Below are positions 9,549-16,371 of a stretch of 64,000 bases of DNA, piece after piece (positions within the stretch are counted from its first letter, which is position 1; every line of letters starts with the position of its first letter). A program made the position numbers and the translations under genes. The notes beneath the pieces were generated by a model. The model was not told the origin of the DNA and did not search any database. It saw nothing but the letters and a program-made list of their open reading frames with translations. Source of the DNA: an uncultured Bdellovibrionales bacterium (GTDB taxonomy: Bacteria > Patescibacteriota > Minisyncoccia > Moranbacterales > UBA1568); contig CAYTED010000006.1 in NCBI GenBank assembly GCA_964436855.1, positions 19,681 through 83,680 on the forward strand, given 5' to 3'.

Positions 9549-10433
9549 ATGAATCCAGAAAACGTGTCGGTTACGTTTTCCATAGTTGTGGCAAATAACA
9601 CCCACAGAAATCATACTAAGTTTTCTGAAGAGTGGAATTTTTCTATTGATCGTTATACCTTCACTCGAATAAGCAAGGATGAAGTAAGAGTTTCCTTTAC
9701 TTTTGATGCTGTTCTAAAGAAATATGATGAGGATTATCGACTCGTTGATGAATGTCCCTCAGAGTATCTCCCCGAATATCAGGAATGCGAGGAAGAAATC
9801 GAAGTTATATTAGATTTACTGTCTCTGGAAGTTGGGGCGGGATTACAGATAAAAGAGGAAAGTTTTCTTTTTGCCTCAGCCACCTGTAGAAATAACGAGT
9901 TTAAGAATAGTCGCTTCATAGTGCCTTCAAAAACAAGGGATATCTATCCTCAATTTGAAATAGAAGATAATAGAAAGCTAGGGCTAGCTCTTCGTCTGTA
10001 TCGGCAGTCGGTGTCTACGAATGATCCTCGGGAACAAATGGTGAAGCTTTTTGCTGCTCTTGAACAACTATTTTCTAATGAAGGGAAGCGAATGTTGACC
10101 AAAGAAGAGATTGACCAGGTTAGAGGAGCTGTGGAGGCCTTGTCTCTTTCGCCAGAAAAAAAGAAGATTATCCTTGATAGAGTTTGTGACATCAGAAAAA
10201 GCTCGAAAACAATGATTGCGGAGAATCTTGAGTTAATGAGCGGTGACGAGCTGATTTCTGAAGAAGAGCGAAAGCAGCTGGTTGGGACTTGGAATAAATA
10301 TAGGTCAGTGATAGCGCATGGGGAGCTTATTTCAAGAAGAGACATGGATTTTGATTATGCTGTTTCTGAAATTGATACGATTGTCGAAGCAATCTTGAAA
10401 AGAAGCATAGAACACAGGATGCGAGAGTCTTAA
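9549..10433 (+). CDS. hypothetical protein
   Basis: 294-aa ORF with a plausible context (26 nt after the upstream stop); no recognisable domain. Confidence 0.45.
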   Translation: MNPENVSVTFSIVVANNTHRNHTKFSEEWNFSIDRYTFTRISKDEVRVSFTFDAVLKKYDEDYRLVDECPSEYLPEYQECEEEIEVILDLLSLEVGAGLQIKEESFLFASATCRNNEFKNSRFIVPSKTRDIYPQFEIEDNRKLGLALRLYRQSVSTNDPREQMVKLFAALEQLFSNEGKRMLTKEEIDQVRGAVEALSLSPEKKKIILDRVCDIRKSSKTMIAENLELMSGDELISEEERKQLVGTWNKYRSVIAHGELISRRDMDFDYAVSEIDTIVEAILKRSIEHRMRES

Positions 10434-10458
10434 GTGGCTTGTGATGGAGAAATAAAAA

Positions 10459-10486
10459 TCACCCGGAAGCACAAGCTTCCGGGTGA
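10459..10486. terminator. bidirectional rho-independent-type hairpin between convergent genes
   Basis: tcacccggaagc-acaa-gcttccgggtga perfect 12-bp stem, between the + gene ending at 10433 and the - gene ending at 10501. A TGTCTCA motif follows. Confidence 0.55.
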
Positions 10487-10500
10487 AAAGTTGTCTCATC

Positions 10501-12525
10501 TCACTTCTTCGAATACCTCGAGTAATACGCGCAGACCTCGGTGTTCGGGTCACCAACCGGAGTGCTCCCGTCCTGTTTGAGGCAGGCCCGGATAGTATGC
10601 CACTGGAGCTTCCAAGCGCTGCTCGAGGGAATCGGCCAGCCGTTACCTTCCATATAGTCCTCGTCGGTGCCGCCGGGAGGCAGTTCCGAGGGATGGATGA
10701 CGCCGTAGCCGATGTTCCACCATGCTCCGCCCGTCGCTACCGGACTCGAGATATGGTAGAGGACGGTGACATCGGTGGCGGGAGCGACCGGACCGTCGTT
10801 TCGCACCCAGATATCGGGCTTGATACGGCTTCCCGTGTTGGTGGTACAGCAGCCGACCTCATCCTGGAACTTGGTGATGACAAGCTTGGGCGCCGGTCTC
10901 GGTTGAAGAACGAAGGAGAGGCTCGTGCAGTTGTTCGTCTCGTCCGATTCGGATACCGCTCCTTGGTAGTCGGCACAGAAGTACGCCGTGCAGGCACCGG
11001 TAACGTTCGGGAGAGTGACAGACCCGATGTTTTCCTCGAACGCGGATGCACCAGCGGAAAGCGTGCTCGCCATGGTTCCGTCATCGGCCAGATAGATGAG
11101 ACTGGTACCGGGGCACTGGACGCTGTAGCTGCTGCGGATATCCGCTGGAGAACCGATATTGCCTTGGTTGGTTACCCAAGCGCCGAACCGAGCCTGATCC
11201 CCTGCATAGTACGGAGCCTGCCGGAACTGGAGGCCGCTTGTCACGAAATCGACGAAGCGCGGATCCTGGTTCTCGATCGGATTGGCCGTCACCTCGAAGA
11301 CCGCTTCGGTACTGCAGTTGTTGCTTTCGTGTTTTTCCTGATGGTCACCTCCGTTGTTGTGATCGTCCCGGGGATGATCGATGCAGTAGACGATGTTGTA
11401 GATGCCCGGTTCCGTGATCCACTGACTGATGACCGTGTTTTTGGTCTCGGTATGGGTGTCACCCGGCTTCAGGTTATCGCACTGCGTCGTCGTACTGTCG
11501 ATCCTCTGCCATGCTCCGTCTCCGCTGTGAACATCCTCCTTGTACCCCTTGGAGAGGTAGAAGTGGCCGGTGATGGTACTGATCTCGCCGCTGACACACT
11601 GGCCGTCGCCGATATTCTCGGACTGGGCTTTGGTATCGAAGGACTCGTTCAGGCCGAACTTGTATATCTCATCGCCCCACGGAGTGACGAGCCAAGTCTT
11701 CCGGACGATGAAGTCGGGAAGATTCGGATTCGGAGCGTCGGCCGCTTCGGTAAGATAACCGGCGCCGGCACCATGCACCGCGAGCGTCGCGTTGCCAGCC
11801 ACTACCGTTCCCGTATAGACATTGATGGTATTGACCGTACCGAACGACTGTATTTCAGCGGCACTCGCTACCTTTCCGAAGAAATTGACGATCGCACGCC
11901 ACCATTTCCGCCACCCATGATCCTCGGGGATTCTTTCCTGGGGATTGGGAGCGCTCGTGATGTAGGTCAGGTTGGATTGCAACTCACCACATACACTTGC
12001 ACCTTCTATCTGGGCATACGGTGGGTTGACGATACGATACCAAGACGTCGCCGTCTCGCAGGAAGCTGTCTTCGGCTCCCAGCAGATGTCGCCCTGACAC
12101 ATAGTCTGCGCTTCAGTTGAGGGATTGTAGGCGTAGTGGGTTTGGATGAAGGCAATTGGGTCAATGAAAGTATTAGTACACTGACTGTTTCCATCGCAAG
12201 GATTGGTCCAGAATGAATTATTCATTCTTCCCCAGCCCTTACCACCACCAGTTGGTGGAATACTATCCCCAATACACGCCGAAATGCAGGTGAGCACCAT
12301 TGGCACTGCCATTCCATATGCCGGTTTTCCCAATTGGTTTTCCGGCATAGACATCGTTACCGGCCGGAAGGGTTCCGCTTGAAAGATGGCCGTATAGCGC
12401 GGTAAACACCTGCCCATCATGCGTCTTATGCTTGATGAACAAAGCACAGTTTCCAGGACCCCATGAGGCATCATCGCAATGGCGTTTGTAGATCGTGCCG
12501 TCCGCAATAGCGTAGACTTTGGCAT
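10501..12525 (-). CDS. large secreted Cys/Trp/Gly/Asn-rich protein domain; N-terminal part of this ORF overlaps the M23 peptidase gene in another frame
   Basis: 674-aa ORF in GC-rich DNA with >30 Cys and many Trp and no recognisable domain. Its first ~85 codons overlap the 12263-12745 ORF, so the true product probably begins at the frameshift point near 12262. Confidence 0.5.
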   Translation of the reverse strand: MPKSTLLRTARSTNAIAMMPHGVLETVLCSSSIRRMMGRCLPRYTAIFQAEPFRPVTMSMPENQLGKPAYGMAVPMVLTCISACIGDSIPPTGGGKGWGRMNNSFWTNPCDGNSQCTNTFIDPIAFIQTHYAYNPSTEAQTMCQGDICWEPKTASCETATSWYRIVNPPYAQIEGASVCGELQSNLTYITSAPNPQERIPEDHGWRKWWRAIVNFFGKVASAAEIQSFGTVNTINVYTGTVVAGNATLAVHGAGAGYLTEAADAPNPNLPDFIVRKTWLVTPWGDEIYKFGLNESFDTKAQSENIGDGQCVSGEISTITGHFYLSKGYKEDVHSGDGAWQRIDSTTTQCDNLKPGDTHTETKNTVISQWITEPGIYNIVYCIDHPRDDHNNGGDHQEKHESNNCSTEAVFEVTANPIENQDPRFVDFVTSGLQFRQAPYYAGDQARFGAWVTNQGNIGSPADIRSSYSVQCPGTSLIYLADDGTMASTLSAGASAFEENIGSVTLPNVTGACTAYFCADYQGAVSESDETNNCTSLSFVLQPRPAPKLVITKFQDEVGCCTTNTGSRIKPDIWVRNDGPVAPATDVTVLYHISSPVATGGAWWNIGYGVIHPSELPPGGTDEDYMEGNGWPIPSSSAWKLQWHTIRACLKQDGSTPVGDPNTEVCAYYSRYSKK

Positions 12526-12745
12526 CCAGGCTACGAGTCATCATATCGGTGCCAATATGGTAAACCCCATCAGGTTCATAGCATCCATCACTGAAACGAT
12601 CCCGACCAAGCCATGTCCCACATTGCTGATCGAAACCTGCTGTGCCGATCGGGTAGAAAAACCCAGTTTCCATTTGATCAAGCGCGTAGGTTGCATTCGC
12701 GAACATGCACAAGATCATGAGGATGAATCTCATCACTGCTTTCAT
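12263..12745 (-). CDS. secreted M23 (LytM-type) metallopeptidase domain protein
   Basis: Signal peptide MKAVMRFILMILCMFANATYA; M23 motifs HIGTDM (HxxxD) and ...GAHLHFGVYWG (HxH). Terminates 3 codons after the HxH motif at a GGGG tract. Confidence 0.75.
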   Translation of the reverse strand: MKAVMRFILMILCMFANATYALDQMETGFFYPIGTAGFDQQCGTWLGRDRFSDGCYEPDGVYHIGTDMMTRSLDAKVYAIADGTIYKRHCDDASWGPGNCALFIKHKTHDGQVFTALYGHLSSGTLPAGNDVYAGKPIGKTGIWNGSANGAHLHFGVYWG

Positions 12746-12857
12746 GCTTCTCTCCTTGTCGGTGAGTTTGGTTGTGAACGAACTACAGATGTAGCGATGG
12801 AAATATCATCCTACAAAATTCTCGCATCAGACTCGATACGAGAATTATTGCAAGACA

Positions 12858-13511
12858 CTATTCAAGAAACTTGAACGTTTTTGTCATACCAAGAAAAATG
12901 GTGTGCTCATCTACGTGTATATTATTGTTTGGGTCATAATATAGTTGAAAACTAATAGTCCAAGCTTTATCGCTATTAAAGAAATATACACTTTTTTCAC
13001 CGAGTACTATCGCTTTTGTGTTATCGACGGATAGTGATGATAAGTTTTCACCGTAACCAGATTTTCTTTTCTGTAAAAACTCCCTGATAGGCATCGCTTT
13101 TTTATTAAATCGATCAGACGACATCACAAGGATAGCCGCACCCGATTCGCCACCTTCTGAGATAGGATAAGTTGTTCCTTCTTTTCCAAAATACAGATAC
13201 TCTCCTTTTATTTCACTATCTTTGTAAGTATTTACGAGCTTCCAGTTTTTAGGAATCTTCATTTCAAATCCCGCCTCTTCGTTTCGATACGTTTGCCAAT
13301 CAGAGGTATCAATGGGAGCGAAAACATACTCTCCATCAATAAGATCCTTTACACTTTCGATCTCATCATCCTTTGCTGATTGTCGTTCGATTTTTTCCGC
13401 TATTTTCTCTGATTGAGACACATTTTTTATCTTCCACCAAAGAATTCCTGTCCCAGTAAGAACGAGTGCAATGAAAACTACAATAGCTATTTTTTTATGA
13501 TTCATAATCAT
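12858..13511 (-). CDS. membrane-anchored hypothetical protein
   Basis: 217 aa with an N-terminal TM (IAIVVFIALVLTGTGILWW) and no recognisable domain. Confidence 0.45.
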   Translation of the reverse strand: MIMNHKKIAIVVFIALVLTGTGILWWKIKNVSQSEKIAEKIERQSAKDDEIESVKDLIDGEYVFAPIDTSDWQTYRNEEAGFEMKIPKNWKLVNTYKDSEIKGEYLYFGKEGTTYPISEGGESGAAILVMSSDRFNKKAMPIREFLQKRKSGYGENLSSLSVDNTKAIVLGEKSVYFFNSDKAWTISFQLYYDPNNNIHVDEHTIFLGMTKTFKFLE

Positions 13512-13689
13512 TCGCTAAAGCCTATCGGATTACTCTACATGATTCTTCATATCAGAAATATAAAGAAAAGATAAAATATTTATAAAATCGCCAATCATGC
13601 TTAGTCTAGCGACTGACTGTATAAAATCATGGAATAACCCTTTTGTCAAAGCCAAAAGCGAATAGAAAACTAGTTGGTATTTCGGTGTC

Positions 13690-13860
13690 GTATGAGACAT
13701 ATAACTGTCTCAGTATGCTAAAATGAGACAAGGGTCGTCTCGTGTCTCATTTGTCTCATTTTATCCCTGAAACCGCGACCCGAGAGCCTCAATTCACTCG
13801 TCGGTCAAGACTTCCAAGAAATCCCTCAACAGCTTGATTTCTCAAAGTTCTAGACCGATG
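13690..13860. repeat. conserved recombinase 3'-flank repeat, copy 2
   Basis: See copy 1. Includes the perfect 12-bp inverted repeat aaaatgagacaa/ttgtctcatttt around gggtcgtctcgtgtctcat and five TGAGACA/TGTCTCA motifs. Confidence 0.7.
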
Positions 13861-14164
13861 TAGCCCGCAGATAGGAACAAGGCAGGTTTTCGGAAACGCC
13901 AAGGAAGGGGCTCTTGGCTTGAACGCGCAATACTTTGTCCGTCAGTGTGAGGTTCGAACTGATGGCACGCATGATCTGCTTCTTGCATCGACTGTCACCG
14001 GTCTCGTAGCGAAAGAGGGCTTGTTTGCGGAACGAATCGAGTGTGTTCTCGAATTCGAACCGATCCGGACGATCTTCTAAGAGTTCTGAAATTTGAGATT
14101 CAATAGACATAATCTGTCTATCCTCACTCTCGGTAGATTTTCTGGTGTAGATAAAGTATTTCAT
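13850..14164 (-). pseudogene. serine recombinase remnant (internally deleted: N-terminal ~35 aa joined to C-terminal ~65 aa)
   Basis: MKYFIYTRKSTESEDRQIMSIESQ matches the catalytic N-terminus of the 4189-5706 recombinase. The C-terminal part (RFEFEN...LRATSV) matches that recombinase's C-terminus (RFELAD...WRASSV). Only 104 aa. Confidence 0.7.
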
Positions 14165-14195
14165 AAAGATTTAGAAAAGCCCGCTTCTGGCCTTA

Positions 14196-14260
14196 CTGAA
14201 TTCAAAACGGCTTGAATTTTCGGCGAAAAACGGCTGGCGAGCCCGCGTAGCGGGCGAGCC
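14196..14260. repeat. 65-bp inverted repeat, left copy (IR-L), abutting the XRE start codon
   Basis: ctgaattcaaaacggcttgaattttcggcgaaaaacggctggcgagcccgcgtagcgggcgagcc is the reverse complement of 15345-15409 with one mismatch. Contains the inner hairpin GCCCGC-GTA-GCGGGC. Confidence 0.8.
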
Positions 14261-14467
14261 ATGGCAACTGAAAACAACATTGGCGAAAATATAAAGAAAC
14301 ACCGCACAAGATTAGGGCTTTCGCAAGAAAATTTTGCCCAAAAGTCTGGTGTGAAGTATACGACTCTTACAAAGATTGAAAGCGGGGTTATTCAAAAGCC
14401 ATCTGTCGTTTTGGTGGCAAAAATTGCTAAAGTCCTCGGTGTTTCTATTGAGGATTTATTGAAATAA
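14261..14467 (+). CDS. XRE-family helix-turn-helix transcriptional regulator (paralog of 6434-6643)
   Basis: 68 aa with HTH_3 pattern (LGLSQENFAQKSGVKYTTLTKIESGVIQKPSVVLVAKIAKVLGVSIEDLLK). Confidence 0.85.
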   Translation: MATENNIGENIKKHRTRLGLSQENFAQKSGVKYTTLTKIESGVIQKPSVVLVAKIAKVLGVSIEDLLK

Positions 14468-14468
14468 T

Positions 14469-15185
14469 ATGGAAGAAAAAGAACAACCTAAAAATTTAGA
14501 ATATCGGGATTACATTGAAGGCACGCGTAAAGTGCTTGAACAAAGCAAGACTGAAACAGGACCATATGAAGTAACTGTTTCGGGGAAAAAATTTATTGTT
14601 TTTCCAAATGTTTTTTCTCCGAAATACTTTAACGATACGGAATTATTTGCAGACAACTTTCCGGTCCAAGATGGAGAGGAGATGTTAGAAATAGGTCCTG
14701 GAACGGGTGCCATTTCGATTCTCGCTATTTATAAAGGTGCTGGAAAAGTTTTGGCGATAGATATAAATCCCGATGCAGTAAAAAACACACAGGCCAATAT
14801 CAAACTTCACAATTTGCAAGAAAAGGTTGAAGTTCGGCAAGGTAACTTATATGAGTCCCTTAAATCCGATGAGAAATTTGATACGATATTTTGGAACACG
14901 CCGTTTGGATTTATTGAAGACGAGGATGTGCCAGACCTAGAAAAAGCGGTCTATGATCCTGCATACAAATCAACCGAGAAGTTTATCAGAGAGGCAAAAC
15001 AGCACTTGAAAAAAGGAGGGCGAGTTTTGGTAGGTTTCAGTACGACTTTGGGTAGATTGGATTTGCTTCAAAAATTTGCCGAAGAAGCAGGATTATCTCT
15101 ACGTCTAATTTATGAGGTAGAATCAAAGGAGACACATCCTGTTAAGTTCGAAATTTTTGAAGCCTTACCGATTGAGTCAGAATGA
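14469..15185 (+). CDS. class I SAM-dependent methyltransferase (small-domain/HemK-RsmC-like; substrate unknown)
   Basis: SAM-binding motif I LEIGPGTGAISI, an acidic residue after beta2 (AIDIN) and an NPPY-like motif IV as NTPFGF. Starts 1 nt after xre. Confidence 0.75.
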   Translation: MEEKEQPKNLEYRDYIEGTRKVLEQSKTETGPYEVTVSGKKFIVFPNVFSPKYFNDTELFADNFPVQDGEEMLEIGPGTGAISILAIYKGAGKVLAIDINPDAVKNTQANIKLHNLQEKVEVRQGNLYESLKSDEKFDTIFWNTPFGFIEDEDVPDLEKAVYDPAYKSTEKFIREAKQHLKKGGRVLVGFSTTLGRLDLLQKFAEEAGLSLRLIYEVESKETHPVKFEIFEALPIESE

Positions 15186-15241
15186 AAATTTGCCGCCAAA
15201 GAAAAACTTGAAATCGTCCTTTCCGCTCCGGTTCAAGGCGA

Positions 15242-15280
15242 GGCGGGCGGAAGGGGGGTGTGGGGGGAATTCCGCCCGCC
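15242..15280. promoter_or_regulatory. stem-loop presenting a G6TGTG6 motif (copy 2)
   Basis: Perfect inverted repeat ggcgggcgg / ccgcccgcc flanking aaGGGGGGTGTGGGGGGaatt. Confidence 0.5.
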
Positions 15281-15344
15281 GAGCCCAGAGAGTTCCGTTC
15301 GGATATTTTCAAACAGACACCGCCAGTTAGGAAATGAAGTCATT

Positions 15345-15409
15345 GGCTCGCCCGCTACGCGGGCTCGCCAGCCGTTTTTCGCCGAAAATTCAAGCCTTTT
15401 TGAATTCAG
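15345..15409. repeat. 65-bp inverted repeat, right copy (IR-R)
   Basis: Reverse complement of 14196-14260 with 1 mismatch. Confidence 0.8.
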
Positions 15410-15463
15410 CATAAAGTTCGAGCCGACATTTTTAAGAAATGCGCGGATTTGCGTTTTGTCGCC

Positions 15464-15600
15464 CTACGACAAAAGAATTTTGGCTTGGCTACTCAATAAA
15501 ATCACTTCTCGCATCGGTTCGAGCCAATTATTTCCTTTTTGTTCAAAAGCCGATAATTTCTCTTTGAGAATGGGTGCTCTTTTCGTGCCTTGAGAAAAAG
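15464..15600 (-). pseudogene. third serine recombinase fragment (C-terminal end only)
   Basis: Minus-strand translation LKEKLSAFEQKGNNWLEPMREVILLSSQAKILLS* is homologous to LKEKLSSFEKKSHNRFELADRFIKSSMELTN of the intact recombinase. The DNA shares gataatttctctttgagaa with 4484-4502. Truncated by the alkD-like gene. Confidence 0.5.
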
Positions 15601-15624
15601 AGATGGGGCGAGTACAATTTTTCT

Positions 15625-16323
15625 ATGATTGCGCCACAAAAAACAATTCGATTACTGGCTCATCCGAAGAAGGCAATGCATGCATCGCGGTTTTTCAAGA
15701 CCGGAAAAGGGGAGTATGGCGAGGGAGATGTTTTTCTGGGACTTACGGTTCCGGAGTCGCGGACGATTGCGAAACAATACCGAGACCTTTCTTTGTCGGA
15801 TATCGAAATATTGCTTCAGTCGAAATATCATGAAGAGCGGTTGGTAGCACTCATTATTCTCGTCGAGCGATTTCGTTCTGGAAATTCACGCGAACGAAAA
15901 ATCATTTTTGATTTTTATAGCGCGCATTTGGATCGGGTGAATAATTGGGACTTAGTTGATATTTCGGCGGATAAAATTGTCGGGGCATATTTGTTCGGGA
16001 AATCGACGCGTCAATTGAATCGATGGATTCGATCGGATATTCTGTGGGAGCGTCGCGTGGCGATGGTCGCGAGTTTCTGGTTTATCAAAGAGGGAAATGC
16101 AACGCTTTCGTTTCATCTTGCGGAACAACTTTTGAATGATAAGGAGGATCTGATGCACAAGGCGGCGGGATGGATGCTTCGTGAGGCGGGGAAGCGGGTT
16201 TCGAAGATTGCTCTCGTGAAATTTTTGGAGAAAAACGCCAGGAAAATGCCACGAACCATGCTTCGGTATGCGATTGAACATTTTCCGGCGCCAGAACGGC
16301 GTCGATTTTTGTCGCTACAATAA
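15625..16323 (+). CDS. DNA alkylation repair protein (AlkD/AlkC-like HEAT-repeat glycosylase family)
   Basis: MHASRFFKTGKGEYGEGDVFLGLTVPESRTIAK... is typical of PF08713-type proteins. Start set at MIAPQ (15625) because upstream codons overlap the recombinase fragment. Confidence 0.75.
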   Translation: MIAPQKTIRLLAHPKKAMHASRFFKTGKGEYGEGDVFLGLTVPESRTIAKQYRDLSLSDIEILLQSKYHEERLVALIILVERFRSGNSRERKIIFDFYSAHLDRVNNWDLVDISADKIVGAYLFGKSTRQLNRWIRSDILWERRVAMVASFWFIKEGNATLSFHLAEQLLNDKEDLMHKAAGWMLREAGKRVSKIALVKFLEKNARKMPRTMLRYAIEHFPAPERRRFLSLQ

Positions 16324-16371
16324 GGCGAAATGGGAGGGTGATATAATAAGGGCGAAATAATTCTGTAAAGC

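Larger units (their letters stand above)
4030..13860. mobile_element. candidate integrative element bounded by directly repeated recombinase-flank repeats
   Basis: Serine recombinase at one end and XRE, Bro-N, DpnI-like, M23 and Cys-rich secreted cargo inside, with GC-rich patches. A ~93%-identical 143-bp repeat sits at 4058-4200 and 13719-13860, and a second decayed recombinase follows immediately. Confidence 0.5.
14196..15409. mobile_element. XRE + methyltransferase cassette bounded by 65-bp near-perfect inverted repeats (MITE-like or invertible or transposable cassette)
   Basis: Two complete genes and the G6TGTG6 hairpin lie exactly between the inverted repeats, with serine-recombinase remnants immediately outside both ends. 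Confidence 0.45.

Noticed and set aside
10483-12120. 545-aa + strand ORF (and 10737-11084 on the - strand) overlapping the large Cys-rich gene
   Set aside because: It is antisense to, or frame-shifted within, a longer minus-strand ORF in GC-rich DNA, where long spurious ORFs are expected. Arg/Ala-rich low-complexity translation with no motifs.
15258-15593. 111-aa + strand ORF across the G-hairpin, IR-R and recombinase fragment
   Set aside because: It spans obvious non-coding repeats and a minus-strand pseudogene fragment. Low-complexity translation.
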